61,895 nt of DNA from Paraphysomonas bandaiensis. Lineage: Eukaryota > Protista > Chrysophyceae. The notes beneath the pieces were generated by a model, which was not told the DNA's origin, searched no databases, and was given only the letters and a program-made list of their open reading frames with translations. Below are positions 10,771 through 22,258 of this stretch, piece by piece. The DNA lies in NCBI GenBank assembly GCA_965644295.1, contig CBFFRP010000037.1, forward strand, positions 1 to 61,895, read 5' to 3'. Positions within the stretch are counted from its first letter, which is position 1; each line of letters opens with the position of its first letter. The position numbers and the translations under genes were made by a program.

Positions 10771-13700
10771 CTACTCGTTCCCAACGATCAGACATATCAA
10801 ATGACGAAACAATTTTCCTTGTAGGGGTTTAGTCAGCACATCAGCCAACATCTCTCCTGTAGGTAAGTACTGAAGCTTCACGTCTCCCCTATCATGGTGT
10901 TCTTCGACTAAAGCCTGCCTTACTCGTAGATATTTCGATCGGTATTTGCCTCCTCCTTTCGTTACGAGACTGAGATTCGACAAGTTGTCCTGATAAATAA
11001 CAGGTGGGTCAAGCGCATAGCCCTGCCCACACACAAACTCATGTAATCTCATTGCATTAGACATCATATCAGATAGGCCGACCAGCTCGGATTCGGTCGA
11101 GTCTTTCGTCACGATTCGTTGCTTAGTCGATCGGCATAGTACTGTGGCCCCTCCAAGCTGTACAACTACGCCTGTATGCCCTTTTCCGTCTTCGTGGGTG
11201 GCGAACGAAGCGTCGATGAAGCTTCTTACCCGCAGCTGTTCTCCAATCTTCAGCTGCAGATCTTGATCCCTTGTGTGCGCAAGGTATTTCAGCACTCGAT
11301 CCAACTTCTGCTGATCTCCGATTGTCGGACCCTTCACTCTTGTTGTGAGGTACGCTATACTGAGCAGGATGTCTGGTCTAACTCTTATCGATAGATATAG
11401 CAATTTGGCCACCACTGAATGGAAATTGGCAGCCTCCTTCCTCCCCAATTTCTGTCCTGCGCCCTCTGTGAACAGTGATGATGTCGCTGGAGATGCTGCT
11501 CTGCCAGTGACCGCTGCCTCCTCCAGCACTCCGTCTAGGTAAGCCCTCATTGACACCACTGCCCTGTCATCTATCATGCTCACATGCATACCTAAATACG
11601 ACATGTCTTTGTCATCACAGTATTTTACCTCACCATATTGTTTCTTTAGTTGTTCCACCAACCACTCGGTGTCACGCTTGTCTTGTGATAGCACTAGCAG
11701 ATCGTCCACGTGTAGTGTTATAGTGCACTGCTTGCCGTTGACAGTCCTATTGAGAACACACTGATCCACCGGGTTAGCCACGAAACCAATGCTCTCCAGG
11801 TAAGCTCTTATCGTGTTGTACCAGAGCTTGGCGCTCTGCACGCATCCATATAACGCTTTGTCTAGGCGCACCAATATTTTGCCTCTTTCATCAACATACG
11901 GCTGGATTGTGGGGTCTAGTTTTCTGAGTATTGTGGCCAACATCGGCTCCAATTCCATTATTACCTCTTCGCCTGACATCTCCGCATTGAGGTATGCACC
12001 ACCTATATCAATTGTCGATACATGTCTCCCCTCTCTCGCTGCTATTGCTAGGCATGCAAATACTGACTGTATGTCCACAGTGGGTGACGACGTGTCTGGG
12101 TACAGTTTCCGGTCCTGCTGCGCCCCGTTCGCAACCAGCCTCGCCTTGATTTTCTCGAACCTTCCGAGTCCGTCGTATTTCGTCTTCAAGAACATCAGCG
12201 ATCGAATTGTTCGTTTGAGTTGAGTCTTTGACAGGTCACTCCGGTGTACTGGAACTATTGCCTTTTTTTCGTGTAGCAGCTGCTTCAGCTCCCGTACTAT
12301 CGCCAGGTAGGCTTCTTTGCCGTGTTCCTTTAAGCCTTTGGTTACGCTTGTGTGATAGGCTCGATACATTACGGGCTTTCTTCTTGTGCCTGCCGCTATC
12401 CTTGCTCCTGCTGATGGTGATGATAGTACTTCGCTTGTATTGTGTGTCATCCCTGTAGTTTCCACCCCTGTAATTTCCGGATCGTCGGTGTCGTTGGGTG
12501 TTGCAGCGCCCGGCTCCTGTTCGCTCGGCCCATCAGCCCTGTCGCCATCATCGTCGACTAGTTCCGTGATTTTTGTTCTCTCTCTCTCTTCTGTGTGGCC
12601 GTGCCCTTCGTCTGTGTCAATGGCTGTCATCTGCCCCTCCTCGTGAGGCTCCTTCGGCTTATCGATCTTGTCATTCTCAGCTGGTGGCGTGGTATCCTCG
12701 ATCTCTCGACTCTCATTCTCACTGGTCGTGACAGGTGAGTGTGACTTGTTGTGCAATGACGATATTCTATTCACGGCGTCTATTACTATTTGCGTGGTCA
12801 CCATCTTCACCCAGTTGGTCCTACTCACATATTTATTTGTTTTAAGGTTTAAAAATATCCAACTCCCGTTTGCGTTGCCGGATGGGTACAGCGCGATACA
12901 TGGTTCTGTTCTGGCCTGCTCCGCGTTATTGCTCTTGACCTTCGGGTCATAACATTCTACGTAGTCCCCGAAAGCCAGTGACAGTTCCTTTTTATAATTG
13001 GGTTTCCGACCAGTCAATGCCACTCGCGGTGCTACAGTTGTGCCATTGGTGGATGGCCTCCTCAAGTTCATGCGGCTGTTGGCGTATCTCACCAGGTCTC
13101 TGACGTTGGCATCTGGTAGGTTCCATGGTAGCCCTGAATGTACACTGCGTATTGTCTCTTTGAGTCGCCTAATCTTCGCGTCGATCTTGTCCAGGTGATC
13201 TCCAGCCCCTGCCACGTCAATCTCCATCCCTGTGATCTTGCCTCTCAGGGCCTTGAATCCCGGCTGAGGGTCCAGGTAGGTAACTGTCGGTATGTACCCG
13301 TAGCTTCTTAACAGGTTTACTTGTTCCTGTAGGGCCAATCCCAACTGATCCGTTGTTTCGTTTTCGAGTGAAGTAACGATGGTTAGTCCCAATGGTTCCG
13401 CTAGTGTGAGCATGAACGATTGCTGTCTCACACTGAAGATGTCTGTGTACAGCCTTTGCTCCTTCTGCTGTTCTGCCTTCAGTTCCGGATCCGCGTATTG
13501 CCGGCTGACTTTCTTATTCGTCTGCTTGCCTCTCACCGCTTCGAACGGTCTCCCATATATGTCAAAAGCTCTTCTGATATCACTCGGGGTAAGTCGCACC
13601 CCTGTAACGTTTCCGTCGCTCACTAGCTGCACAGCATCTCTCTCCGAGTCGAAGCCCGAGTTTCGGATCAGGTCTCGTGCTTCTCGCGCTCTCGCGACTT

Positions 13701-15153
13701 CTACTTTCGAATATTGGGCTTCGCGCTCCGCTACAGTCGTTACGTTGACTTTGGCCGTCGCCCAGTCGCGCATGTCGGCCACATACATCTTGTTCTTTCG
13801 ATAGAAAGTCAAATCACTGTCAGGTAAGTGGACAGTGAAAGACTCTCCCTGCCTATATGTCACTTCATATATGTCTTCTACGTCCGCCTGACATAGTACG
13901 CTTGCCCTTAGCTCATCTGCTGTCTTACAGGTGAAGAATTGGTCTAGCTCGCCTACATTCGGTAGTTCCAGTGCGTGTCCCGATAATCCCGCCACGGTGC
14001 ATCCTCTGGACGCCGGTCTTACATTGTTCAGTAGTCTTGGGTGTACTACCGAGACATCCGCCTGATTGTCGAGTAATACTTCGTACCATTGGAATGGCTC
14101 GCTTCCTGACGTGAAGGCGTTCAACATTGTTGTCGTGCAGTGCTTGTTTTCTGATTCTTGGCTACTGTCTGGGCATTCGTTCATTCTGTGGCCTGGCTCA
14201 CCGCAGCCCCAACATATGAGCTGCCTTTTTTTCTGACCACGTTTGCTGTTGTGCGACTTCGTGTCGTTCCCTTGTTGCTGCTCTGGTGTATCATCGCTAT
14301 CTGCTGATTTCTTGCCTTTGTCAGACTTCGATTTGCTCACGAATGCGGATCCGCCGCCTGCTCTCGTTGCTCTCTTCGGCGTTAGATATTTTGATGCTTT
14401 AGTATATATTTCATTCACATGCGTAGGTGCTGTTTGCGTTCCCATTGTTAGATCGTTGAGATAGCTAGTTTTGAACTCGCCATATCTCGTGTCGTCCAGC
14501 CCTTCGAAGAAATCCATCGCGATGTCCTCTTCATTCATTTCCGCGTTGTTCATGTCTTTGTAGGCTTCTAATAGATGATCAAACCTCTCCTTATAAGTAA
14601 CTATACTCTCATATGCTCCCTGTTTAGCGTCTTTGTACCTTTTCCTCGCTTCTGCTCGTACCACTGTACTTACGCTGGAGTTAGTAGATACTTTGTGGGT
14701 TTGTTTGATAGCCAGCCATAGTAGTAGAGGATCCTTAGTCCTGTTCATGAGCTCGTATTCATCTAATAGCTTGACTGCATCCATTGATTCGTGGCTCAGA
14801 TGGTCTACCATGAATGAGTAGAATGCCGATCTATCGTTCCGCATCTTGTCTATTAATCTCCCTCTGGTCTTGGTCTTGTCCTTCATCAAGTCGAGGTTGA
14901 CTCCATAGGGGTCATCTTCCAAATCAAAATCCTCTGGGTTTATCGCATCGGGCTCATAATATTTGTCCAGCTCTACTAGGCGTGCAAGATCACCGTACTT
15001 TTGCATGCCCACCACTACAAGCCTCTGTTTGAATGTGGCGAAGTTCGAGTTGGCACCATATCTTAAAGTCGGTACATGTTCTGGTCTATCGGTGCTCGGT
15101 TTCTTGCCGAATCTTGCAAATCTTGTTGGCTTGTCGTTCGTTGTCTTCTTCAT
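10771..15153 (-). CDS. Copia Gag-Pol polyprotein, 1460 aa (Gag-PR-IN-RT-RNase H)
   Basis: Zinc knuckle CWGCGEPGHRMNEC, protease LLDNQA, integrase before RT, RT motifs KARLVANG, DIGGAYL, KALYG and HVDD, RNase H motifs DASFA, ELVG, YQDN and ADVLTK. Confidence 0.95.
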   Translation of the reverse strand: MKKTTNDKPTRFARFGKKPSTDRPEHVPTLRYGANSNFATFKQRLVVVGMQKYGDLARLVELDKYYEPDAINPEDFDLEDDPYGVNLDLMKDKTKTRGRLIDKMRNDRSAFYSFMVDHLSHESMDAVKLLDEYELMNRTKDPLLLWLAIKQTHKVSTNSSVSTVVRAEARKRYKDAKQGAYESIVTYKERFDHLLEAYKDMNNAEMNEEDIAMDFFEGLDDTRYGEFKTSYLNDLTMGTQTAPTHVNEIYTKASKYLTPKRATRAGGGSAFVSKSKSDKGKKSADSDDTPEQQQGNDTKSHNSKRGQKKRQLICWGCGEPGHRMNECPDSSQESENKHCTTTMLNAFTSGSEPFQWYEVLLDNQADVSVVHPRLLNNVRPASRGCTVAGLSGHALELPNVGELDQFFTCKTADELRASVLCQADVEDIYEVTYRQGESFTVHLPDSDLTFYRKNKMYVADMRDWATAKVNVTTVAEREAQYSKVEVARAREARDLIRNSGFDSERDAVQLVSDGNVTGVRLTPSDIRRAFDIYGRPFEAVRGKQTNKKVSRQYADPELKAEQQKEQRLYTDIFSVRQQSFMLTLAEPLGLTIVTSLENETTDQLGLALQEQVNLLRSYGYIPTVTYLDPQPGFKALRGKITGMEIDVAGAGDHLDKIDAKIRRLKETIRSVHSGLPWNLPDANVRDLVRYANSRMNLRRPSTNGTTVAPRVALTGRKPNYKKELSLAFGDYVECYDPKVKSNNAEQARTEPCIALYPSGNANGSWIFLNLKTNKYVSRTNWVKMVTTQIVIDAVNRISSLHNKSHSPVTTSENESREIEDTTPPAENDKIDKPKEPHEEGQMTAIDTDEGHGHTEERERTKITELVDDDGDRADGPSEQEPGAATPNDTDDPEITGVETTGMTHNTSEVLSSPSAGARIAAGTRRKPVMYRAYHTSVTKGLKEHGKEAYLAIVRELKQLLHEKKAIVPVHRSDLSKTQLKRTIRSLMFLKTKYDGLGRFEKIKARLVANGAQQDRKLYPDTSSPTVDIQSVFACLAIAAREGRHVSTIDIGGAYLNAEMSGEEVIMELEPMLATILRKLDPTIQPYVDERGKILVRLDKALYGCVQSAKLWYNTIRAYLESIGFVANPVDQCVLNRTVNGKQCTITLHVDDLLVLSQDKRDTEWLVEQLKKQYGEVKYCDDKDMSYLGMHVSMIDDRAVVSMRAYLDGVLEEAAVTGRAASPATSSLFTEGAGQKLGRKEAANFHSVVAKLLYLSIRVRPDILLSIAYLTTRVKGPTIGDQQKLDRVLKYLAHTRDQDLQLKIGEQLRVRSFIDASFATHEDGKGHTGVVVQLGGATVLCRSTKQRIVTKDSTESELVGLSDMMSNAMRLHEFVCGQGYALDPPVIYQDNLSNLSLVTKGGGKYRSKYLRVRQALVEEHHDRGDVKLQYLPTGEMLADVLTKPLQGKLFRHLICLIVGNE

Positions 15154-15165
15154 AATTTCCTCTTA
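15151..15165 (-). promoter_or_regulatory. Non-tRNA primer-binding site complementary to the element's own LTR
   Basis: Minus-strand TAAGAGGAAATTATG directly abuts the 5' LTR; 15151-15166 is the perfect reverse complement of 15309-15324. No TGG tRNA-type PBS is present. Confidence 0.75.
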
Positions 15166-15452
15166 CGCAGAGAAAAATACGGTACTCGGTCGAATGTTAC
15201 GGATGTTACAAATCAATAAACGGACGGAATACCCCCGTTGCTTTCACACAGTCTACACTACAGGTAGTCAAAGCAAGGTTCTCTTTACAGTTACTACAGA
15301 ACTTCTCAGTAAGAGGAAATTATGCCTCTATTCTACAGCCGTACACTACACACTGCATAATATAACACCATACACCTCTATGTGCCCTATGCATATCTTA
15401 TACAGTCACTTCAAGTACTAAACTGAAAAGAACATCCTCTCATTCCTCTACG
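15166..15452 (-). repeat. 5' LTR of the Copia element
   Basis: Direct repeat of 10468-10754. Confidence 0.95.
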
Positions 15453-15494
15453 CACAGAAACCTCCAGACCTGTACTTCTACTATAGTACATACA

Positions 15495-16051
15495 GTGTGT
15501 GTATGTATGTATGTATGTATGTATGTATGTATGTATGTATGTATGTATGTATGTATGTATGTATGTATGTATGTATGTATGTATGTATGTATGTATGTAT
15601 GTAGGTATGTATGTATGTATGTATGTATGTATGTATGTATGTATGTATGTATGTATGTATGTATGTATGTATGTATGTATGTATGTATGTATGTATGTAT
15701 GTATGTATGTATGTATGTATGTATGTATGTATGTATGTATGTATGTATGTATGTATGTATGTATGTATGTATGTATGTATGTATGTATGTATGTATGTAT
15801 GTATGTATGTATGTATGTATGTATGTATGTATGTATGTATGTATGTATGTATGTATGTATGTATGTATGTATGTATGTATGTATGTATGTATGTATGTAT
15901 GTATGTATGTATGTATGTATGTATGTATGTATGTATGTATGTATGTATGTGTGTATGTATGTATGTATGTATGTATGTATGTATGTATGTGTGTATGTAT
16001 GTATGTATGTATGTATGTATGTATGTATATGTATGTATGTATGTATGTATG

Positions 16052-16083
<32 letters not shown>

Positions 16084-16306
16084 TGTATGTATGTATGTAT
16101 GTATGTATGTATGTATGTATGTATGTATGTATGTATGTATGTATGTATGTATGTATGTATGTATGTATGTATGTATGTATGTATGTATGTATGTATGTAT
16201 GTATGTATGTATGTATGTATGTATGTATGTATGTATGTATGTATGTATGTATGTATGTATGTATGTATGTATGTATGTATGTATGTATGTATGTATGTAT
16301 GTATGT
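15495..16306. repeat. (GTAT)n microsatellite, about 0.8 kb
   Basis: About 200 GTAT units with few interruptions. Confidence 0.98.
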
Positions 16307-16338
16307 GCGAAAGATGTGCACGGCAGTAATACAGCTAA

Positions 16339-17572
<1,234 letters not shown>

Positions 17573-17932
17573 CAGAAGACTGCGTAGATTCTAGCTGTAC
17601 CCTTGTTTCCTCGCAGTGAAGTAGCTCAGTGTATGTCCTATGAAGCTGTGGATGGTAGAAACCCGCAATTTTAAGAGGCTGATGACAGATACGCTTAGGT
17701 GTGAAGGATGGAGCTTGCTAGTTGATTAGTGCCTATTTTCTATGATTTCTATGAACTGACGTGATGTAGCGATATAAATCATCACAATATGGTACATTAC
17801 TGGCTGTCTGCCTTAGTATTATCATAAAAATTATAATAATAACTGCTTGTATTATTCAGTTTTGGAAACATTACGTTTTGTTGCAGTATGGTGCCTAGAG
17901 AAAGTACTAAAACTATTATTGGACTGGTTTTA

Positions 17933-18953
17933 ATATTTTTGAAAGTCTTTTTTATTTAGCAATAGGCGTTAAAAACTCGCTCCGATATAGTGGCTAGTTG
18001 AATGCTAGATCTGCTAGTTAGACCTCTACCCATAACTAATCAGCACAAATTCTATTATCCTACTATTTAGGCGCTACAGAAGCTGCTTGTGCGTCGCCGC
18101 AAGCACCAAGGTTCTTAGTGTTGTTTGTGAGTTTCGCCCTGCTCGTGTGTCTTAGGACTCACTGGCGCGTGTTGTCCGGGGGTCTCCCCTTGGGATAAGG
18201 TTCCGCCAGGCTCTGGGGTACAGGGTTCTGTATTAAGGTCCTGAGTGTACCGAGCACTAGATGTGTGTGCTGAGAGGTTGATGGTGTGGTGGAATGTGGC
18301 GGTGTCGCCATGCACCGTCTGGGCGTCAGGCATAGGTGGAGTTGCCGGAGACGGCGTCGCCGCTGTCTAGGTCCTGATGGTTTCATACGGTCCGGTGCTA
18401 TGGTCCTATGAGTATGGTTGGTAGGGTTCATATGTGCGGTGGGCGGTGTTCCAGTCTCGGTTCGTCTGTGGATTCCTAGTAATCTTAGCACCCTTGGGCG
18501 TTTCTGTGTTTTGGACGCGGTCGCGGTAGTAGCCTTGGGGAACCTTTCTGTAGGGTAACGTCTCTTCTACTTCGATCTTGGAGCATTAGCTTTGCTGCAG
18601 CGAAAAGCGGTAGAAGCAATCTGATGACCGCTGATTCGATGCTGCGCAGTCCTTGGGATGTCAGTGACTCATGGATGTGATCTCCAAAACCCGTCTCGAG
18701 TTGTGCAGTTGTGATGGTACCCGTCTAGAATCTCCCCACCTGTGGAACGGAAGGATTCCAGGCCCTGCTGGAGAGTCGCTGGAGTACAGTGGTGGTCCAT
18801 TGGGGTAGTACCAGAATTCTCAGTTCTTCTTGAAGCTCGTTTTTGTGACTGTGAAATGCAGACTCTCCCTTATCTGCGTTATGGCGTCATTTGTACAGGC
18901 TAGACACATATGCTTGCGTGAGTCTAGTCTAAATCCGCAGTCAGAACATGCGG
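17933..18953 (-). mobile_element. 5'-truncated LINE copy (about 1 kb) with a 21-bp TSD
   Basis: Closely matches the reverse complement of ~29159-30170; ACTATTATTGGACTGGTTTTA is duplicated at 17912-17932 and 18954-18974. Confidence 0.92.
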
Positions 18954-18974
18954 ACTATTATTGGACTGGTTTTA

Positions 18975-19720
18975 TTATTATTGAAAGTCGTATTATTAGC
19001 AATAGGCGTTAAAAACCTGCACCAACTTTTAGTAGCTAGATGAATGCTAGAGACTAACTAGTTAGACCTCTACCTGACAGTGTAACTGTCAGTACACACT
19101 ACACACTTTCTTTATCCTACTATTTAACGCTACGGAAGCTGCTTGTGCGTCGCCGCAAACACCAAGATGCGACCATTTCCGCTCTGAGTTCTTGAGGTGA
19201 ACATCCCGGATGCTTGACTTCAGCAGGCAGCCCAATACCCCGGTTACCCTTGAGGTGGGCCCATTCCCGGATGCCTGTTTATTCGTCAGGACTCAAAGAC
19301 GTCTACACAAGTGACATTTATTGGTGTGCCTTGTGTACCACACAAGCATTCGGCTATGAGTGGGCAGAAGAATATCTGCTGACTATGTTTGCGGCTCACG
19401 TTAGTTTACCAGAGAGAATCTCTCCGGTACTTATCCCCAGAACACCACGAATAGGTGCGAGTCCGACTTTGTAGAGGGCTGGGTTTAATACAACAGTATT
19501 GTTGAACATATATAAGCCGGGACTTATCTGTTCGACCAGTTTGAACTTGCAATAGATTATATATATAATGTATATATAGTAAAATCGTAAAAACTACTCA
19601 TAACTCATACCAAATGTTTTTGAATTGTAAACATTAAACACTAACACAATATATATAACTCATCAGGGTATTATACTACTGAAATTATATCTAACAATGC
19701 ATGTCTTGTCCCAGCCAGCG
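18975..19720 (-). mobile_element. Non-autonomous SINE/SIDE-like element: HDV-like ribozyme head, conserved body and LINE-type 3' tail
   Basis: Tail homologous to the LINE tail (18975-19185); body shared with 20850-20905; head shared with 350-470. The 5' limit is uncertain (19490-19720). Confidence 0.7.
19391..19467 (-). ncRNA. HDV-like ribozyme core (copy 2, best preserved)
   Basis: P2 CGG.CTCGC/GTGAG.CCG, P3 ACC/GGT around L3 TATTCGT, P4 hairpin ACCGGAGAGA..TCTCTCTGGT, J4/2 CTAA. Confidence 0.55.
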
Positions 19721-20639
19721 CACCGAGTGACTGTAGCTTTTTTATCTTTGATTTTAACCTGATCTTCATGAACTGTTTTCATAAGAATTATGAATTATAT
19801 CCTTCAATCAAAACTTATTGATCCTATTATTGAATAAATGTGTGCTCGTTGCTTCCTACAACTCCTCACATTTCTCGTCAATAAAATTCAATGAATTATT
19901 ATATATATGACTACTTAATTAGCAAAGCTACAAGAAGTAACTTTTTCTAGAATAAAAGACTTGTGTCTTATTATCGAAAATTCATAATTGCTAATACGAT
20001 TTCCCAACCTTAAGGGATAAGGGATAGCTGTCAATATACAAATATACTAATCTTCTTATAACGCTATTGACTAAAAAGACACCTACTAATCATCAATGTA
20101 TAAGAAAAGATACATTACTATTATATTATATAGACTAGTTCAAGTGCAACACATACACAAGAGCATACGCAATACTTGTGTACAAAAGTGATGATCTAAA
20201 CTTTTATTACACTCAAAGTTCAATATTACACTCAAAGACTAAGTAAAACGTGTGACGCATAACCGTTTTGCTGGATAACTTACTAGTTCATATATATATG
20301 CATTAGCATGATGGATTTAAAGCCTGGAAATATCCAGTCTTGTTCACCTTATACTTCTATATATATATAGAACGATGTTATAATATTGGTATAGGCCTTC
20401 TTCTTAGAAGTAACTGGCCTTAAAAATATTTATTTCACTCTTGATCAATCAAAATTGTCATAAATAAAACTTTCTCGCACTACATAATTCACTATTGAAT
20501 GTACTAAATAGATTACTTTGACGACTGTCAATATAATATAATATAATATCATAAATACATGCGATCTTATTCAGTAAATATAATAATATCTCATTCTCCT
20601 AAAAGACATGATTCATGGCAGTGATAACAATAATAATAA

Positions 20640-21070
20640 TAGTAGTAGTGAATGTTTTAATATTAGCAATAGGCGTTAAAGAGCCAGAACTAATTTAGCA
20701 TTGCAATTTAACTAGATCTAGTAGTGCGCTTAACTCTGATATCCTACAATTTAACGCTACGAAGCTGCTTGTGCTTCACCAAGGTGCAACCACTTACGCC
20801 CTGAGAAGTTGATATACCTGACATTTGCCAACTTCAGAATTTTTGAATCCTTCAGCAGATGAATACCCCGGATACCCTTTGGATTGGCCCATTCCCGGAT
20901 GCCAAGTGACGTCCATGCAAGTGACACTATAATTAATATCTCTTATGCCACACAGGCATTCGACTATGAGTCGGCAGAACAATATCTGCTCACTATATAA
21001 TATGTGGCTCACGTCAGTTTCTCAGAAGGCCACGAAAATGTGTAAGTGCGACTTTGTGGAGGGGATTCAT
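20640..21070 (-). mobile_element. Second, more diverged copy of the ribozyme-headed SINE-like element
   Basis: TAGCAATAGGCGTTAAAG tail, CACCAAGGTGCAACCACTT, body AATACCCCGG..GGCCCATTCCCGGATGCC and head GGCTCACGTCAG..GACTTTGT, with an internal deletion in the head. Confidence 0.7.
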
Positions 21071-22258
21071 GGTATTTCATTGTAATATTCGTGTAATACT
21101 GACGCTCACTACTGTATTCTCTATCCAACGGATATACTTCAAAGCCATTAAAACACATATTTTGATTCCGAAGTAGCCAAAATAAACTCCAATCAGCTCA
21201 AAGTCTTCTTATTTCGTACAAGTTTCTTCTTTTAATGTTCACAATGAACAAGTAGTGCTGTCATTGTGTTTACTGTGAAAACGTTGACTCAATGCACTGA
21301 CAGCTGCTATGCAGGTTTAGAAGAGAGTGGTATTGAAGTATCATCATTGTTCCTTCTCCATTCCCGCGGTGTGGCCATAGGCCACAGTGTAGGCTCGCTG
21401 TCGTACCAACATATAACACCAAGATTTTGCAGTCACGTACACGCCCTCATCCCTCCACCATTTCGGCTGACCATATGGATTCTGTTAGAGCTACGTAACT
21501 GCCTCATCTGTGTTTGCCTTCAAATTTAACGCGGGACTTATGTATTATGTATGCATTATATGCATTATACATGACTTATGTAGCTCGAGTAGATTTAACA
21601 AGGCCATGTTCACCTTCCCATCCCCTGACAAAGATTGCGCGGAACTTCTTGTGAGCATGCATGACTCAGTGTAGGCCTAGCGTGGTATAGGCTGAGCCCC
21701 CTCCTTCCCTAAAATGCACGGGGTTTCTTAATTCTTTTAAGCGTGCATGGACTACGCACTATGCAAGTAGTGCAGATCTAGCTGGAGCTTGCTCGCCACC
21801 ACACACAAAACAGACACCAGGATTTTAATTAATATTTAGGCATTGCTTAGAATAATCATCACTACCACTATATTAGGGCGCGCCCTCAGTAGGGGTAGTT
21901 CCATTTCAAAAATATATTCTGCACAAGCATAAGTATGCACAATGGATATTATATGTTAGAATATAACGATAATTATAGAACCCAATACTTGCAACACAGT
22001 CGAGAATGTACACATCCAGTAAAATGCATAGGGTATTAACAAATTGATAACATCACTAATATTCTTATCTCGTTTTAGACTTTGACGTTGACTTTAACCT
22101 CGGTAGACTTCCATCTATAAGATAGTTACAAATCAGAAACAGCACAACACTAACAAGAAACAAAATACATATCCAAACACAAATTACATACGTGCTGAAA
22201 TATCACAAAATAATCCATGAAATATCAAACAAGCGAGCCATAGGGTGCAAGAAATATA

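Larger units (their letters stand above)
10468..15452 (-). mobile_element. Intact Ty1/copia LTR retrotransposon (CoDi-like), very recent insertion
   Basis: Two apparently identical 287-bp LTRs, 5-bp TSD CACAG (10463-10467 and 15453-15457), short PPT AGGGGTG, and one uninterrupted gag-pol ORF. Confidence 0.95.

Noticed and set aside
11176-15421. Plus-strand ORFs inside the Copia element
   Set aside because: They are antisense shadows of gag-pol or LTR read-through with no recognisable domains.
19485-19500. GGCTGGGTTTAATA as a TSD of the SINE
   Set aside because: Only a loose match to the left flank, and homology with copy 1 suggests the element extends further.
21665-21730. tRNA-like sequence
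   Set aside because: No cloverleaf or B-box (GTTCRA) could be built.
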